Below the pieces are notes generated by a model. The model did not search any database, was not told the DNA's origin, and was given only the letters and a program-made list of their open reading frames with translations. DNA of 64,000 nt from Rhodospirillum sp. (GTDB taxonomy: Bacteria > Pseudomonadota > Alphaproteobacteria > Rhodospirillales > Rhodospirillaceae): contig JAIOYK010000002.1 of NCBI GenBank assembly GCA_021741145.1, positions 100,170 through 164,169 on the forward strand, read 5' to 3'. Numbering within the stretch: position 1 is the stretch's first letter; the number at the start of each line of letters is the position of its first letter. A program made the translations under genes and the position numbers. This document shows, piece after piece, positions 47,369-57,260 of this stretch.

Positions 47369-47369
<1 letters not shown>

Positions 47370-48754
47370 TGAACATGCACAGCTTCCACCCCACCATCCT
47401 GCGCGCCTATGACATCCGCGGCATTGTTGGCGAAACCCTGTTCGAGGCCGACGCCGAGGCGATCGGCGCCGCCTATGGGACCCTTGTCAGGCGGGGCGGT
47501 GGCTCGGTGGTCTGCGTGGGCTACGACGGACGGGTCAGCTCTCCGGTCCTGGAAGCCGCGGTGGTGGCGGGTTTGACGTCCACCGGTGTGACCGTTCGCC
47601 GGGTGGGTCGGGGGCCCACGCCCTTGCTCTATTTTTCCGTCAAGCATACGGGCGCCGACGCGGGCATCATGATCACCGGATCCCATAATCCACCCACCCA
47701 TAACGGCTTCAAGATGTTGCTGAAGGCCCGTCCCTTCTATGGAGACGACATCACCCAAATCGGTGTCTTGGCCGCCAAGGGAGACTATGACGTCGGGGAG
47801 GGGGCCGTGGAGGACCTGGACCTGATGGACACCTATGTCGAACGGCTGGTCCAGGACTTCACCGGCGGACCCGAGGCTGACATTTCCGTGGTCTGGGACG
47901 CGGGCAATGGCGCCGCGGGCGAGGCCATGGTCAAGCTGGTGGAGAAGCTGCCGGGCAAGCACCGTTTGCTGTTCCAAGACATCGACGGATCCTTCCCCAA
48001 TCACCATCCGGATCCCACGGAGCCGGAGAACCTTGAGGACCTGATCGCCGCGGTGGCCGAGGAAAGGGCCAATCTTGGCATCGCTTTCGACGGGGACGGC
48101 GACCGGATCGGGATCATCGACGGAGCGGGCAAGGTTCTCTGGGGCGACCAGATCCTGATGCTGTTGGCCCGGGAAGTTCTGGCGGAGCGCCCGGGAGCGA
48201 CCATCATCGCCGACGTGAAGGCCAGCCAAGCCCTGTTCGACGAAATCGCCCGTCTGGGCGGCCAGCCCTTGATGTGGAAGACCGGCCATTCCCTGGTGAA
48301 GGTGAAAATGGCCGAGACCGGGTCTCCGCTCGCCGGGGAAATGAGTGGTCATATTTTCATGGCCGATACCTATTACGGCTATGACGACGCCCTCTATGCC
48401 GCGGTGCGCATGCTCAACGTGGTTCTCGGCCTGAAGGACCAGGATCTGGCCGCGGCCCATGCCGCCCTGCCCAAGGCCGTCAATACCCCGGAGTTGCGGT
48501 TTGACTGCCCCGACGAGCGGAAGTTTTCCGTCATGGCCGAGGTGGCCGAGCGGTTGAAGGCGGAAGGGGCCACGTTCTCGGATGTGGACGGGGTTCGGGT
48601 GAATACGGACAAGGGGTGGTGGCTGCTGCGGGCCTCCAATACCCAGGCGGTCCTGGTGGCCCGGTGCGAGGCTCCCACGGAAGCGGACCTCGAGTGTCTG
48701 AAAGTCACCCTGTCCAGCCATTTGGAGCGGGCGGGTTTGGCCCTTCCGGCGTGA
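47369..48754 (+). CDS. phosphomannomutase/phosphoglucomutase (AlgC/ManB type)
   Basis: [21 protein letters not shown] (active-site Ser), [12 protein letters not shown] and GEMSGH. The ATG shares one base with the pgm TGA (TGATG). Confidence 0.88.
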
Positions 48755-49019
48755 TGGTGTCCTGGTCGGACAGTCCAGCGATTGAAGGGGAAAACCCCCT
48801 CGAAATGCTTTCCCCGATGGGCGGGATATGGTCTAACCAGGATCCAGAGTGCAAGCCGCCCCAACCGTCCAAAAAAGGTTGGGGCCAAGGCATATTTGGG
48901 ATGGACCGCCCGGGTAGGGTCCCGGACGGGGCGCGCGCGGTCGTTGCCGGTCCCTTGCGATCCGACCGTTCATACTGTTCAGAGAAAGCCCCCGTGCCGT
49001 GAAGCCCGAATCGCCACGT

Positions 49020-50339
49020 ATGGGATCGAAACCAAGGGATGCCATTGTTCTGGCGTCCTTGGTCAGTCTTCCCTTTGTCGCCCTGTTCGCCCATAGCCAA
49101 GTCATCATTCCCATCGGGCTTCTCGCTCTCATGGGGGGGTGGGTTCTGTGGGAGGATCGGCGAGACGCTGGATCCCGAGGGGACCCCTACCTGATCCTTC
49201 CGTCCCGCCCCTCCGTCCTGTTCATGGTGGGCGTGGCCTTTCCCCTCTGGGCCTTGGTGACGCTCGCCTGGTCGCCGTCGCCAACCGCGGGTGCCCGGGG
49301 CGCGATATCCATGGTCGTCATCGCCCTTGGGGGTGTCCTGTGCGTCCGTTGCTTGAACTCCCTATCCGATCCCATTCACAAGCGCCGTCTTGTCGGCCTT
49401 CTTTCAGCGGCGGTGCTTGCCGGGGCTACGGTCGTGATCCTGGAAGCCCTATCGGGCGGGCTGCTTCTGCCGCTGATCAAACCCAGTCTGTTGAGTTTGG
49501 AGGATCGGGTATCCAGCCTGAATTCGGGGGTTATCATCGGATTTCTGCTGGCCTGGGTTCTGGTCATGGGCGCCCTGGAACAAGGACGGCGTCCCCTCGC
49601 CGGGGGCTTGGCCGTTGGCATGGTCCTGATGGTTTTTCTCTCGAATTCGGAAAGTGCGAAGGCGGCCCTGATCATGGCCATATCCACGGGGGTCGCGTCG
49701 TTGCTGCTGGGGCGTTGGGCCTTGCGACTGGTCTTCTTGGGGTACGGGATGGTTCTCGTCCTTACGCCGTTCGTCTTCAGGCATATTCTGACCGATACCC
49801 TATTCCGTGAGATGGCGCCGAGCCTGCCCTTTTCCCTGCAGCATCGGTTCATCATGTGGCGCCATGTGAGCGAATGGGTTTTCGAGCACCCCATCCTGGG
49901 GTGGGGAATCGGATCCAGCCGGTCCTTCGAGCATGAACGGGTGGTGCGGGACTTCTTCCTTGGGGAATTCGGCTGGGTTCAGAAATCCCTGCAGGTCATG
50001 CCGATCCACCCCCATAACGCATCCTTGCAGATCTGGCTTGACCTTGGTGTGGTGGGGCTGGTCATTGTCATCCTCTTCCTGTTTCTGTCCCTCGCTTTCT
50101 TGGAGCGGCGTGAACGCTCCCGTTGGCACCAAGCGGGGGTTACGGGTCTGACCGCTGGCGGGCTGGTGGTGACCTTGGGGACGTTCAGCATGTGGCAAGG
50201 GTGGCTGATGGCAAGCGCGGCCTTGGTTGGCTGCCTGAGCTGGATGCTGCTAAAGGATAGGGAGTCCGCCAGTCAGACCACGGACTCTCCGTCGGCCGTC
50301 ATACCTTCCCCGACGACCGAGGCAATGGGGGGCCAATGA
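49020..50339 (+). CDS. O-antigen ligase/polymerase-family membrane protein (Wzy_C-like), second copy
   Basis: Polytopic membrane protein with NSESAKAALIMAI, a loop HPILGWGIGSSRSF and HPHNASLQIWLDLGVVGL. The start is set at MGSKPRD (49020); the track ORF begins at 48999. Confidence 0.7.
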   Translation: MGSKPRDAIVLASLVSLPFVALFAHSQVIIPIGLLALMGGWVLWEDRRDAGSRGDPYLILPSRPSVLFMVGVAFPLWALVTLAWSPSPTAGARGAISMVVIALGGVLCVRCLNSLSDPIHKRRLVGLLSAAVLAGATVVILEALSGGLLLPLIKPSLLSLEDRVSSLNSGVIIGFLLAWVLVMGALEQGRRPLAGGLAVGMVLMVFLSNSESAKAALIMAISTGVASLLLGRWALRLVFLGYGMVLVLTPFVFRHILTDTLFREMAPSLPFSLQHRFIMWRHVSEWVFEHPILGWGIGSSRSFEHERVVRDFFLGEFGWVQKSLQVMPIHPHNASLQIWLDLGVVGLVIVILFLFLSLAFLERRERSRWHQAGVTGLTAGGLVVTLGTFSMWQGWLMASAALVGCLSWMLLKDRESASQTTDSPSAVIPSPTTEAMGGQ

Positions 50340-50370
50340 AGGGATTGGATGGGATAGGTGGGGGCGTCCC

Positions 50371-52665
50371 ATGACGGGATCCAACCAGATAGATCCGGGT
50401 CAAGGGCCTCACTCCATTCTGACGCGCGCGCGGGACATGACCGCACGGAAAGTCCTTTTGGCGCTTCTGTCCCTGCTGCTCGTCGGAGCGGCTTTCACCG
50501 TTGCTGGCGTCGACGGTGTGCTTGTGCGGCTCCGCTCTTACTCCCTGGAAACCCTGGTCTTGGCCACCGGCTTTCTGGCGGTGAACCAGATCCTTGGGTC
50601 CTTGCGGTTTCATTTCATGGTGCGTTTGTTGGGTATCGAGCAATCCCTTTGGCGGTCTCACGTCGTGAATGTCTACTCCCTGATCGGGGGGGTTCTGCTG
50701 TTTAATTTCCTGGGCCAGAGCGTGGCCCGGACCGGCATGTTCAAGATGGACCGAAAGGGAGGCGCGGCTCAGGGGTTCGCTTCGACGGTTCTGGAGCGGG
50801 CTCTGTCCCTGGTCCTGCTTGTCGCATTGCTCGTGGGATTGGTGATCCAGTACACGGACGGCATCAGCACCTACCGGGGTCATGTGAACGCCTACCTGAC
50901 TCTGTCCGTGATGGTCGGTGTGGTGGTCGCGGTGGTTTTCCGGTGGGGGTTGGGGCGTCACCGGTGGGCCTATCTGGCGCGACTGCTCAATGGGCGGGTT
51001 CTCACGGCGCTCATTCTGTCCACGGTGGTGACGGCCCTGATGCTGGCGACAATGTTGGCGGCCTATGTGGTGTTGGCGCGGGAGCTGTTGCCCGGAGTCC
51101 CATGGACGGCTCTTCCCCTGCCCGCCGTGGTGTCCATGTTGGGGGCCTCCGTTCCCATCGGCGTCGCCGGTTGGGGCGTGCGGGAACTGGCGGCCTCTCA
51201 GGCCTTCTCCTATATCGGTATGGATCCGGCGGCGGGCGTGGGCATGGCGCTGGCCGTGGGTGCGCTCTCGCTGGTCGCCCTGGGATTGAATACCCTCGTG
51301 GTTCTCCTGTTCCGGCGGGAACGGACCCTTACTCAAGTCAAGGATTCGCGCTCTGGCGGGGGGAGGCAATATCTGCGGTTCTTAACCTGGGCGTTGCCAA
51401 TTCTTTGCGTCGCCCTTCTGGTCTTCCGTCTGCCCGTTCCCACGCAGACAGGCTTCACCAATATCAACTTGGCCGATCCCTTTGTCCTGGTTTCAACGGT
51501 TCTGCTTCTTGTGGGGGCCTGGGGCGCCATTGGGCGGATCTGGCGGGTACCTGGCATGTGGGCTACGGTCGCGGCCATGGTGGGCGTGGTCTGCCTGTCA
51601 TTCGTGCTTGGGTGGATCCGGTTTGGGCTGCTGGATTGGGCCTTTTTTAACCGGTTCTGCGGTGTCTGGGTGTTGTTGTCCATGATGCTGGCCGGGGCCT
51701 TCGTGACCAATACCCTTGGGCGCGCGGGTACGGTCATGGTCGCCCGCTCCTATGTTCTGGCCGTTGTGGTTGTTCTGCTCTTCGAACTCCTGCTCCGCGC
51801 CGTCGAAGGGGGAAATCCCTTTTCCCTGTTACCCTGGAATGGGGAGGCATTCAGCGGGTTCAGTGGGGGAGCCACGGCCTATGCCTACGAGATTTCGCTT
51901 GCCCTGATTCTGGTTTTGTCGGGGCTTCCGTTGTTTTCCAACACCAAGGCACCGGTTTTTGTCCATGGAATCGCCGGAATTCTGGCTTTAGGCCTATGGC
52001 GGGCGGAATCACCATCCGCCATGGTCTCGATGTCGGTGATACTGGTGGTTTTCGCCTTGGCCAAACGCTTTTCCCCTTGGCGGTTTCTTCTGGCTCTGAC
52101 CATTGCTTGGGGAGGGATCGAGGGTCTGACGTTGGTCAGGGAGTGGCTGGGGACAGGAGCGGTTTTTCGTGTGGCGACGTCTCCCTTCTCCAACCGCCTC
52201 GCCGATTGGCCTCCACCTGTCTGGGCTGGAGAGGGTTACGATACCGTGCGTGCGGCCTTGTCCCTTTGGCTCGAAAACCCGCTGTTTGGAGCTGGTTTGG
52301 GGGCCTATTTGGACGGGCGTCTCAATGCGGGTCTTCCCTTGATGGTCATAAGGGGAACCTATGCCTGGGCTCTGGGTGAAATGGGGTTGATTGGACTAAT
52401 TTTGTTCCTTTCCCCCGTTTTCCTTGGTGTCCTGGCAATGGTGCGACTACTCACGAAGACTGTTGGGCCGGGAAGTGACATGATGGACCGGCGGATCGCC
52501 ACCGCCTGCCTTGGCATGATCTTCGTCACCCTGGTGATGTCGGTTTTTCACGATTTGGCCTATCAACGGGACTTCTGGCTGTTACTGGGAGCTTTCCTGG
52601 CGACGCCGGGGGCGCTCGCGTGGACATTCCGCCGGACCGCCCCTGGTCCGGATGCCCAGCGGTAA
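50371..52665 (+). CDS. large polytopic membrane protein: flippase-like (UPF0104/LPG-synthase-TM-like) N-half fused to an O-antigen-ligase-like C-half
   Basis: The N-half has RFHFMVRLLG...NVYSLIGGVLLFNFLGQSVAR and about 8 helices. The C-half has further helices and the loop ENPLFGAGLGAYLD, typical of Wzy_C proteins. An alternative start is MTARK at 50437. Confidence 0.65.
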   Translation: MTGSNQIDPGQGPHSILTRARDMTARKVLLALLSLLLVGAAFTVAGVDGVLVRLRSYSLETLVLATGFLAVNQILGSLRFHFMVRLLGIEQSLWRSHVVNVYSLIGGVLLFNFLGQSVARTGMFKMDRKGGAAQGFASTVLERALSLVLLVALLVGLVIQYTDGISTYRGHVNAYLTLSVMVGVVVAVVFRWGLGRHRWAYLARLLNGRVLTALILSTVVTALMLATMLAAYVVLARELLPGVPWTALPLPAVVSMLGASVPIGVAGWGVRELAASQAFSYIGMDPAAGVGMALAVGALSLVALGLNTLVVLLFRRERTLTQVKDSRSGGGRQYLRFLTWALPILCVALLVFRLPVPTQTGFTNINLADPFVLVSTVLLLVGAWGAIGRIWRVPGMWATVAAMVGVVCLSFVLGWIRFGLLDWAFFNRFCGVWVLLSMMLAGAFVTNTLGRAGTVMVARSYVLAVVVVLLFELLLRAVEGGNPFSLLPWNGEAFSGFSGGATAYAYEISLALILVLSGLPLFSNTKAPVFVHGIAGILALGLWRAESPSAMVSMSVILVVFALAKRFSPWRFLLALTIAWGGIEGLTLVREWLGTGAVFRVATSPFSNRLADWPPPVWAGEGYDTVRAALSLWLENPLFGAGLGAYLDGRLNAGLPLMVIRGTYAWALGEMGLIGLILFLSPVFLGVLAMVRLLTKTVGPGSDMMDRRIATACLGMIFVTLVMSVFHDLAYQRDFWLLLGAFLATPGALAWTFRRTAPGPDAQR

Positions 52666-52712
52666 GATGACACTCTGCTGCTCTTATTAAGAATCCTGTA
52701 TTCGAGGACCCT

Positions 52713-55283
52713 ATGACGATCACTTTTCTCGTGCGCCACCCTCTCTATCTTCGGAACTACGAAAGCGTTTTGCGGGGCTTGGCGGACCGGGGCCATCGGA
52801 TACAGCTAGTCTTTTCGCCCATAGAAAAGGCTGTCGACCGGACCCTCGTCGACTCCCTGACCGCCGATTTTCCGGATCGGATCACGGAAGTCACCATCGC
52901 GCCCCGCAAGGGCTGGTGGTGGCCGGTTTCCGACGCCCATCGTATGATCCGCGATTACCTGCGCTATCTGGAGCCCGAATACAGCCAGGCCCAATCCCTC
53001 GTCGCGCGTGGGGGGAAGCGTCTTCCGCCTCTAATCCAAGCCATTTTCCGCCGGGTTTCCGTCCTGCGGTCCAAGCCTGGCCGGGTCGTTCTCCATGGTC
53101 TTTGCCGAATGCTGGAGCGGGCGACCCCCGCGGATCCCGGCTGTCTGGAAGCGCTGCGCGCCTGGAAGCCGGACTTGGTGATTTTCACCCCGCTGATCGA
53201 TTTCACCTACAACCAGATGGACTATCTGAAGGCGGTCAAGGCCCTGGGGATTCCTTCGGTTTTGGCAGTGGCGAGTTGGGATAACCTGACCAATAAGGGG
53301 CTGGTTCAGATCGCGCCGGACCGGGTGTTGTTGTGGAACGACATTCAGCGGCGGGAAGCCCTGTCCATGCATGGGTTGAAGGACGAGACCATTCGTTCGA
53401 CCGGTGCTCAGTTGTTCGACCACTGGTTCGAAATGGCTCCTTCCGTCGACAGGGCGGGATTTTGTGATCGGGCCGCGGGAGGTCTGTTCGATCCCGCCAA
53501 GCCCATTCTGCTCTATCTCTGCTCGTCCACCTTCATCTGTCGGGACGAGGTCTCCTTCGCCAAGGAATGGCTGACTTCCCTGCGGTCCAGCGCCGATTCC
53601 CTGGTGCGCGAGGCCAGTGTGATCATCCGACCCCACCCGGCCCATGTGAAGCAGTGGATCGGGGTCGACCTGTCGGAGGATTTCGGTTCCGTCGTGGTCT
53701 GGCCCCGGGCTGGGGGCGTGCCCGTGGACGACCAGCGTAAGCGGGATTATTTCGACAGCCTACATCACGCCGCCGCCGTGATCGGCATCAACACCAGTGG
53801 CTTCCTTGAGGCCGGAATTCTTGGACGTCGGACCCTGACCCTACAGACCGAGCATTTTCGGGCCACCCAGGACGGGACTTTGCATTTCCACTATCTGACC
53901 GAAGGGGGACTGCTGACCAGCGCGGCGACCTTCGAGGAGCATCTGGCGCAATTGTCCGAAACCCTCGCCGATCCAGAGGGAACCAGTCGGCAAGTGGGCG
54001 CATTCATTGAATCTTTTCTACGGCCCAACGGCCTCGACAAGCCCGCCACGCCGATTTTCATCGATGCGGTCGAGGAGGCCCTGACCCTCTCTCCGAAGCC
54101 CGAAAGTCCGCCGGTTTGGGCGGCCCTTTTCAGGGGACTCGTGTTCCCTGCCGCCTTTTACGCCCGCCGACTGATGCTGCGGCGGACCAATAAGGGCATG
54201 TGGAAAGGTGTGGAGGCCGTACGCGGCGCCCGCTTCGCCCGCCCCAAGGGGCAGTCGACGGAACATTCCGATCGCAAGGTCCGCAAGTTTGTCAAGGAAA
54301 GTGGCGCGACTCTGGCCTCCATTGCCCGGGACGACAAGCCGATCATCATAGGCCCTTGGATGTCCGAGGTGGGATTCGAGATCCTCTATTGGATCCCTTT
54401 GGTCCGCTGGATGGTGCACCAATATGGACTGTCCCCGGAGCGCATCGTCGTCGTCTCCCGGGGCGGTGTCTCCCGTTGGTACGAGGGGATCGGCACCCGT
54501 TACCTGGATCTCTTCGATCTCTATTCTCCGGAGGAGTACTTGGCGGTGAATGCCCGCCGACAGGAAGCCTCCAACATGCAAAAGCAGAAGGCGGTTTCTC
54601 CGGTTGAAATGGAAATTGTCGAGGCGGTGAAGGGACGGTTGGGGATTACGGGTCCAGTCAACATGATCCATCCGGCCCTGATGTACAGCGGTTATCTGCG
54701 CTATCATTGGAGCCAGCGAAGCAGCATGGACCATCTGCTGCTGCACGCCTTTTACGATCCCATCCCCGAACCCAACGCCCCCATGCCTTTCGAAAAGGAA
54801 CTGCCCGAGGATTATTGGGCCGTTCGCTTCTATTCCCGGGAAACCTTCGCCGATACCAATGAGAACCGGGATTTCGTCCGAGGCGTGCTAGAGCGGCTTC
54901 TTAAGTCGGCGAGCGTCGTTCTTTTGGACAGTCCATTCACCGTCGACGACCACGCCAACGTGGAGTGGATCAAAAGTGGCGCGGCCCAGGGTAAAGGCGG
55001 CAACAGACTTGTGGTGGCCGGAGGCTGGATGACACCAGCCAATAACCTCGACGTGCAGACTCGGATCATCGCCAAGTCTCGCGGGTTTATTGGAACCTAT
55101 GGGGGGCTCAGCTATATCGCGCCCCTCGTGGGGAGGCCCGCCTTCGCCTTCCACCAGGGAGAGGGGGACCTGTCCGATGCCCATATCAATACGGCCCAAA
55201 CGGTTTTCCGGGATATGGGGCAAAGCTATGTTCTCATTGATAGGAATGCCGCAAAGAAACTACCGATGGTTTTACCTGAGTGA
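52713..55283 (+). CDS. 856-aa two-part protein: GT-B-like glycosyl/phosphotransferase N-half plus uncharacterised C-half paralogous to 3746-5092
   Basis: The N-half has KPDLVIFTPLIDF...GIPSVLAVASWDNLTNKG, ILLYLCSS, IIRPHPAH and VIGINTSGFLEAGILGRRTL, a two-Rossmann GT-B-like order. The C-half, from about aa 545, has IIGPWMSEVGFEILYWIP and the other shared blocks listed for 3746-5092. Confidence 0.65.
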   Translation: MTITFLVRHPLYLRNYESVLRGLADRGHRIQLVFSPIEKAVDRTLVDSLTADFPDRITEVTIAPRKGWWWPVSDAHRMIRDYLRYLEPEYSQAQSLVARGGKRLPPLIQAIFRRVSVLRSKPGRVVLHGLCRMLERATPADPGCLEALRAWKPDLVIFTPLIDFTYNQMDYLKAVKALGIPSVLAVASWDNLTNKGLVQIAPDRVLLWNDIQRREALSMHGLKDETIRSTGAQLFDHWFEMAPSVDRAGFCDRAAGGLFDPAKPILLYLCSSTFICRDEVSFAKEWLTSLRSSADSLVREASVIIRPHPAHVKQWIGVDLSEDFGSVVVWPRAGGVPVDDQRKRDYFDSLHHAAAVIGINTSGFLEAGILGRRTLTLQTEHFRATQDGTLHFHYLTEGGLLTSAATFEEHLAQLSETLADPEGTSRQVGAFIESFLRPNGLDKPATPIFIDAVEEALTLSPKPESPPVWAALFRGLVFPAAFYARRLMLRRTNKGMWKGVEAVRGARFARPKGQSTEHSDRKVRKFVKESGATLASIARDDKPIIIGPWMSEVGFEILYWIPLVRWMVHQYGLSPERIVVVSRGGVSRWYEGIGTRYLDLFDLYSPEEYLAVNARRQEASNMQKQKAVSPVEMEIVEAVKGRLGITGPVNMIHPALMYSGYLRYHWSQRSSMDHLLLHAFYDPIPEPNAPMPFEKELPEDYWAVRFYSRETFADTNENRDFVRGVLERLLKSASVVLLDSPFTVDDHANVEWIKSGAAQGKGGNRLVVAGGWMTPANNLDVQTRIIAKSRGFIGTYGGLSYIAPLVGRPAFAFHQGEGDLSDAHINTAQTVFRDMGQSYVLIDRNAAKKLPMVLPE

Positions 55284-55378
55284 ATTAATATCGTTTCTAA
55301 AAAAAAATGAATTAGATAGAAATCCTGATAATCGTTCTTAATACTGGCGATTTTTACCGGATGGTCTAAATAAAGGCG

Positions 55379-55412
55379 TATAATAATCGATGCCCTTACC
55401 CAACCTGGGAGG
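55379..55412 (+). promoter_or_regulatory. -10-like hexamer and Shine-Dalgarno in the AT-rich spacer ahead of acuI
   Basis: TATAAT lies at 55379-55384 inside a 134-bp strongly AT-rich spacer. GGGAGG at 55407-55412 is 5 nt before the ATG at 55418. No convincing -35 element was seen. Confidence 0.3.
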
Positions 55413-55417
55413 CATAA

Positions 55418-56401
55418 ATGTTTCGCGCTCTTTACTTGGAAAAGGGAGATCCAACTCCCTTGGTCGCGGTCCACCGTGTGGAACACGCGCGCTTGACGGA
55501 CGGCGATGTCACCGTCGCCGTGACACATTCAACGATTAACTACAAGGATGCTTTGGCGATCACGGGCCAAGCGCCCGTTGTCCGCTCCTATCCCATGATC
55601 CCCGGAATTGATTTCGCCGGAATCGTGGAGGAAAGCGATCACCCCGGTTTCAAGGCAGGGGATCCCGTTCTCTGCAATGGCTGGGGTCTCGGGGAAAGTC
55701 GTTGGGGTGGGCTTTCCACCTTGGCCCGGGTGTCCGGTGATTGGCTGGTGCCCCTGCCCAAAGGCAAGACGGCGGCTTGGGCCATGGCGCTTGGGACCGC
55801 GGGATATACCGCGGGACTTTGCGTCCTCGCCCTGGAGAGCGTCGGACTCAAACCCGATATGGGAGATATTCTCGTCACTGGCGCCTCGGGGGGCGTGGGA
55901 AGCGTGGCCATCGCCCTCTTGGCCCACCGTCGATATGGGGTTACCGCCTTAACCGGAAAATTGGACCAGGAGGCCTATTTGAAGAGTCTGGGGGCCAAGT
56001 CCATCAAGGCTCGCGATACCTATGAACTGCCGCCTAATCTTCTGGGCAAGGAGCGGTGGGCCGGAGTGATCGATAGTTGTGGCGGGGTGATCTTGGCGAA
56101 TGCCCTGTCGGAGACTCGCTACGGTGGGGTGGTGGCCGCGTGTGGTTTGGCCGCGGGCATGGATCTGCCCACTTCCGTCGCGCCCTTCATCCTGCGGGGG
56201 GTGTCCCTATTGGGCGTGGAGAGCGTGTACGCCAACCTGGGGCGTCGGATCAAGGTTTGGGATCGCCTTGCCCATGATATTCGGGATGACCTGCTGGATA
56301 CCATGGTCGAGACTATTTCCTTGGGCGAGGTGCCCGCGGCCGCGAAGCGCTTGCTCACCGGTCAGGTGCGGGGTCGGTTGGTGGTGGATGTGACCGCCTG
56401 A
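55418..56401 (+). CDS. acuI: YhdH/AcuI-type MDR oxidoreductase (acrylyl-CoA reductase-like)
   Basis: GDVTVAVTHSTINYKDALAITG, PMIPGIDFAGIV and VTGASGGVGSVAIALL are collinear with E. coli YhdH as I recall it. Confidence 0.85.
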   Translation: MFRALYLEKGDPTPLVAVHRVEHARLTDGDVTVAVTHSTINYKDALAITGQAPVVRSYPMIPGIDFAGIVEESDHPGFKAGDPVLCNGWGLGESRWGGLSTLARVSGDWLVPLPKGKTAAWAMALGTAGYTAGLCVLALESVGLKPDMGDILVTGASGGVGSVAIALLAHRRYGVTALTGKLDQEAYLKSLGAKSIKARDTYELPPNLLGKERWAGVIDSCGGVILANALSETRYGGVVAACGLAAGMDLPTSVAPFILRGVSLLGVESVYANLGRRIKVWDRLAHDIRDDLLDTMVETISLGEVPAAAKRLLTGQVRGRLVVDVTA

Positions 56402-56414
56402 CATGCCGATTGGT

Positions 56415-57077
56415 TCAGCCTGGATCGCCCGCCGTCAGGTAGTCCCACATGCGCTCGAAGATCAGCCCGGCGTCGGTGGCGCGCCGGGAGGCTTCGGCCT
56501 CGCTCAGGATGGGCGCGCTGTCCGAGAGACCGCATTTCAGGGCCTCCAATTCCACCCGGCAGGCATCCTCGAGATAGAACGCAAGGCCCACGGCCTTTTC
56601 CAGACTGTCCCCCGCGACCACGGCGCCATTTCCACGCATGAGTACAGCGCGGTTGTGGCCCATGGCGGCGACCACGCCCCTGGCCTTTTCATCGTCTCGG
56701 ACCAGTTGGGGATCATCCCAAAGGCCGGGAGCCGGGGCGAAATAGGCGCCGAAGCCATGGCGGGGGCGCGGAACCCGCCCCAATGCGGCCAGCGCCATCA
56801 TGTTCGGGGACATGAACCGGACCACCCCCTTTATATCCGGCCGCGTCCGGTAGATATGTTGGTGGATCCGCACTTCGCCCAGGATCCCATCAGGGAGCGG
56901 ATCATGGATTGGCACCCTGGGGCATGTGTCGTCTTCGGTGGTCAACCCGGGGGGCTTGGCGGGGGAGACAAGGAAGGCGTTGTCATCGATGCGGCTGGAA
57001 CAATGGCCGTAGGCATGAGCAAGGCCATGGCGACCCAGGGCGCGGGCGGCCTTTCGGACGGTGGCGTCGCGTGTCAT
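56415..57077 (-). CDS. class II aldolase/adducin-family protein
   Basis: GHCSSRI, GEVRIHQHIY (metal His context) and AVLMRGNGAVVAGDSLEKAV. The start is trimmed to MTRDATV (57077). Confidence 0.75.
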   Translation of the reverse strand: MTRDATVRKAARALGRHGLAHAYGHCSSRIDDNAFLVSPAKPPGLTTEDDTCPRVPIHDPLPDGILGEVRIHQHIYRTRPDIKGVVRFMSPNMMALAALGRVPRPRHGFGAYFAPAPGLWDDPQLVRDDEKARGVVAAMGHNRAVLMRGNGAVVAGDSLEKAVGLAFYLEDACRVELEALKCGLSDSAPILSEAEASRRATDAGLIFERMWDYLTAGDPG

Positions 57078-57104
57078 TGGAGAGGTTCCGGAAAAGGTTG
57101 ATGG

Positions 57105-57160
57105 GTTTGGGAAGCCAGCTTCCCAAACGGAGGGGGGGGGGTGGGGGGCTGAAGCCCCCC
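57105..57160. repeat. two palindromic hairpins flanking a G10-T-G6 homopolymer run
   Basis: The first hairpin is GTTTGGGAAGC-CA-GCTTCCCAAAC (57105-57128). A run of ten G lies at 57132-57141. The second hairpin is GGGGGGCT-GA-AGCCCCCC (57143-57160). The element sits between dctP and the aldolase gene, both on the minus strand. Confidence 0.8.
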
Positions 57161-57260
57161 AAAGTGACCGGCTCGAGAATTTTGACATTGAAGCAATTCG
57201 TCACGCCAAAGGTGTGCGCTCCACCCGTCGCGATCTGTTCCAGATTGCTCGGGATTTTCT

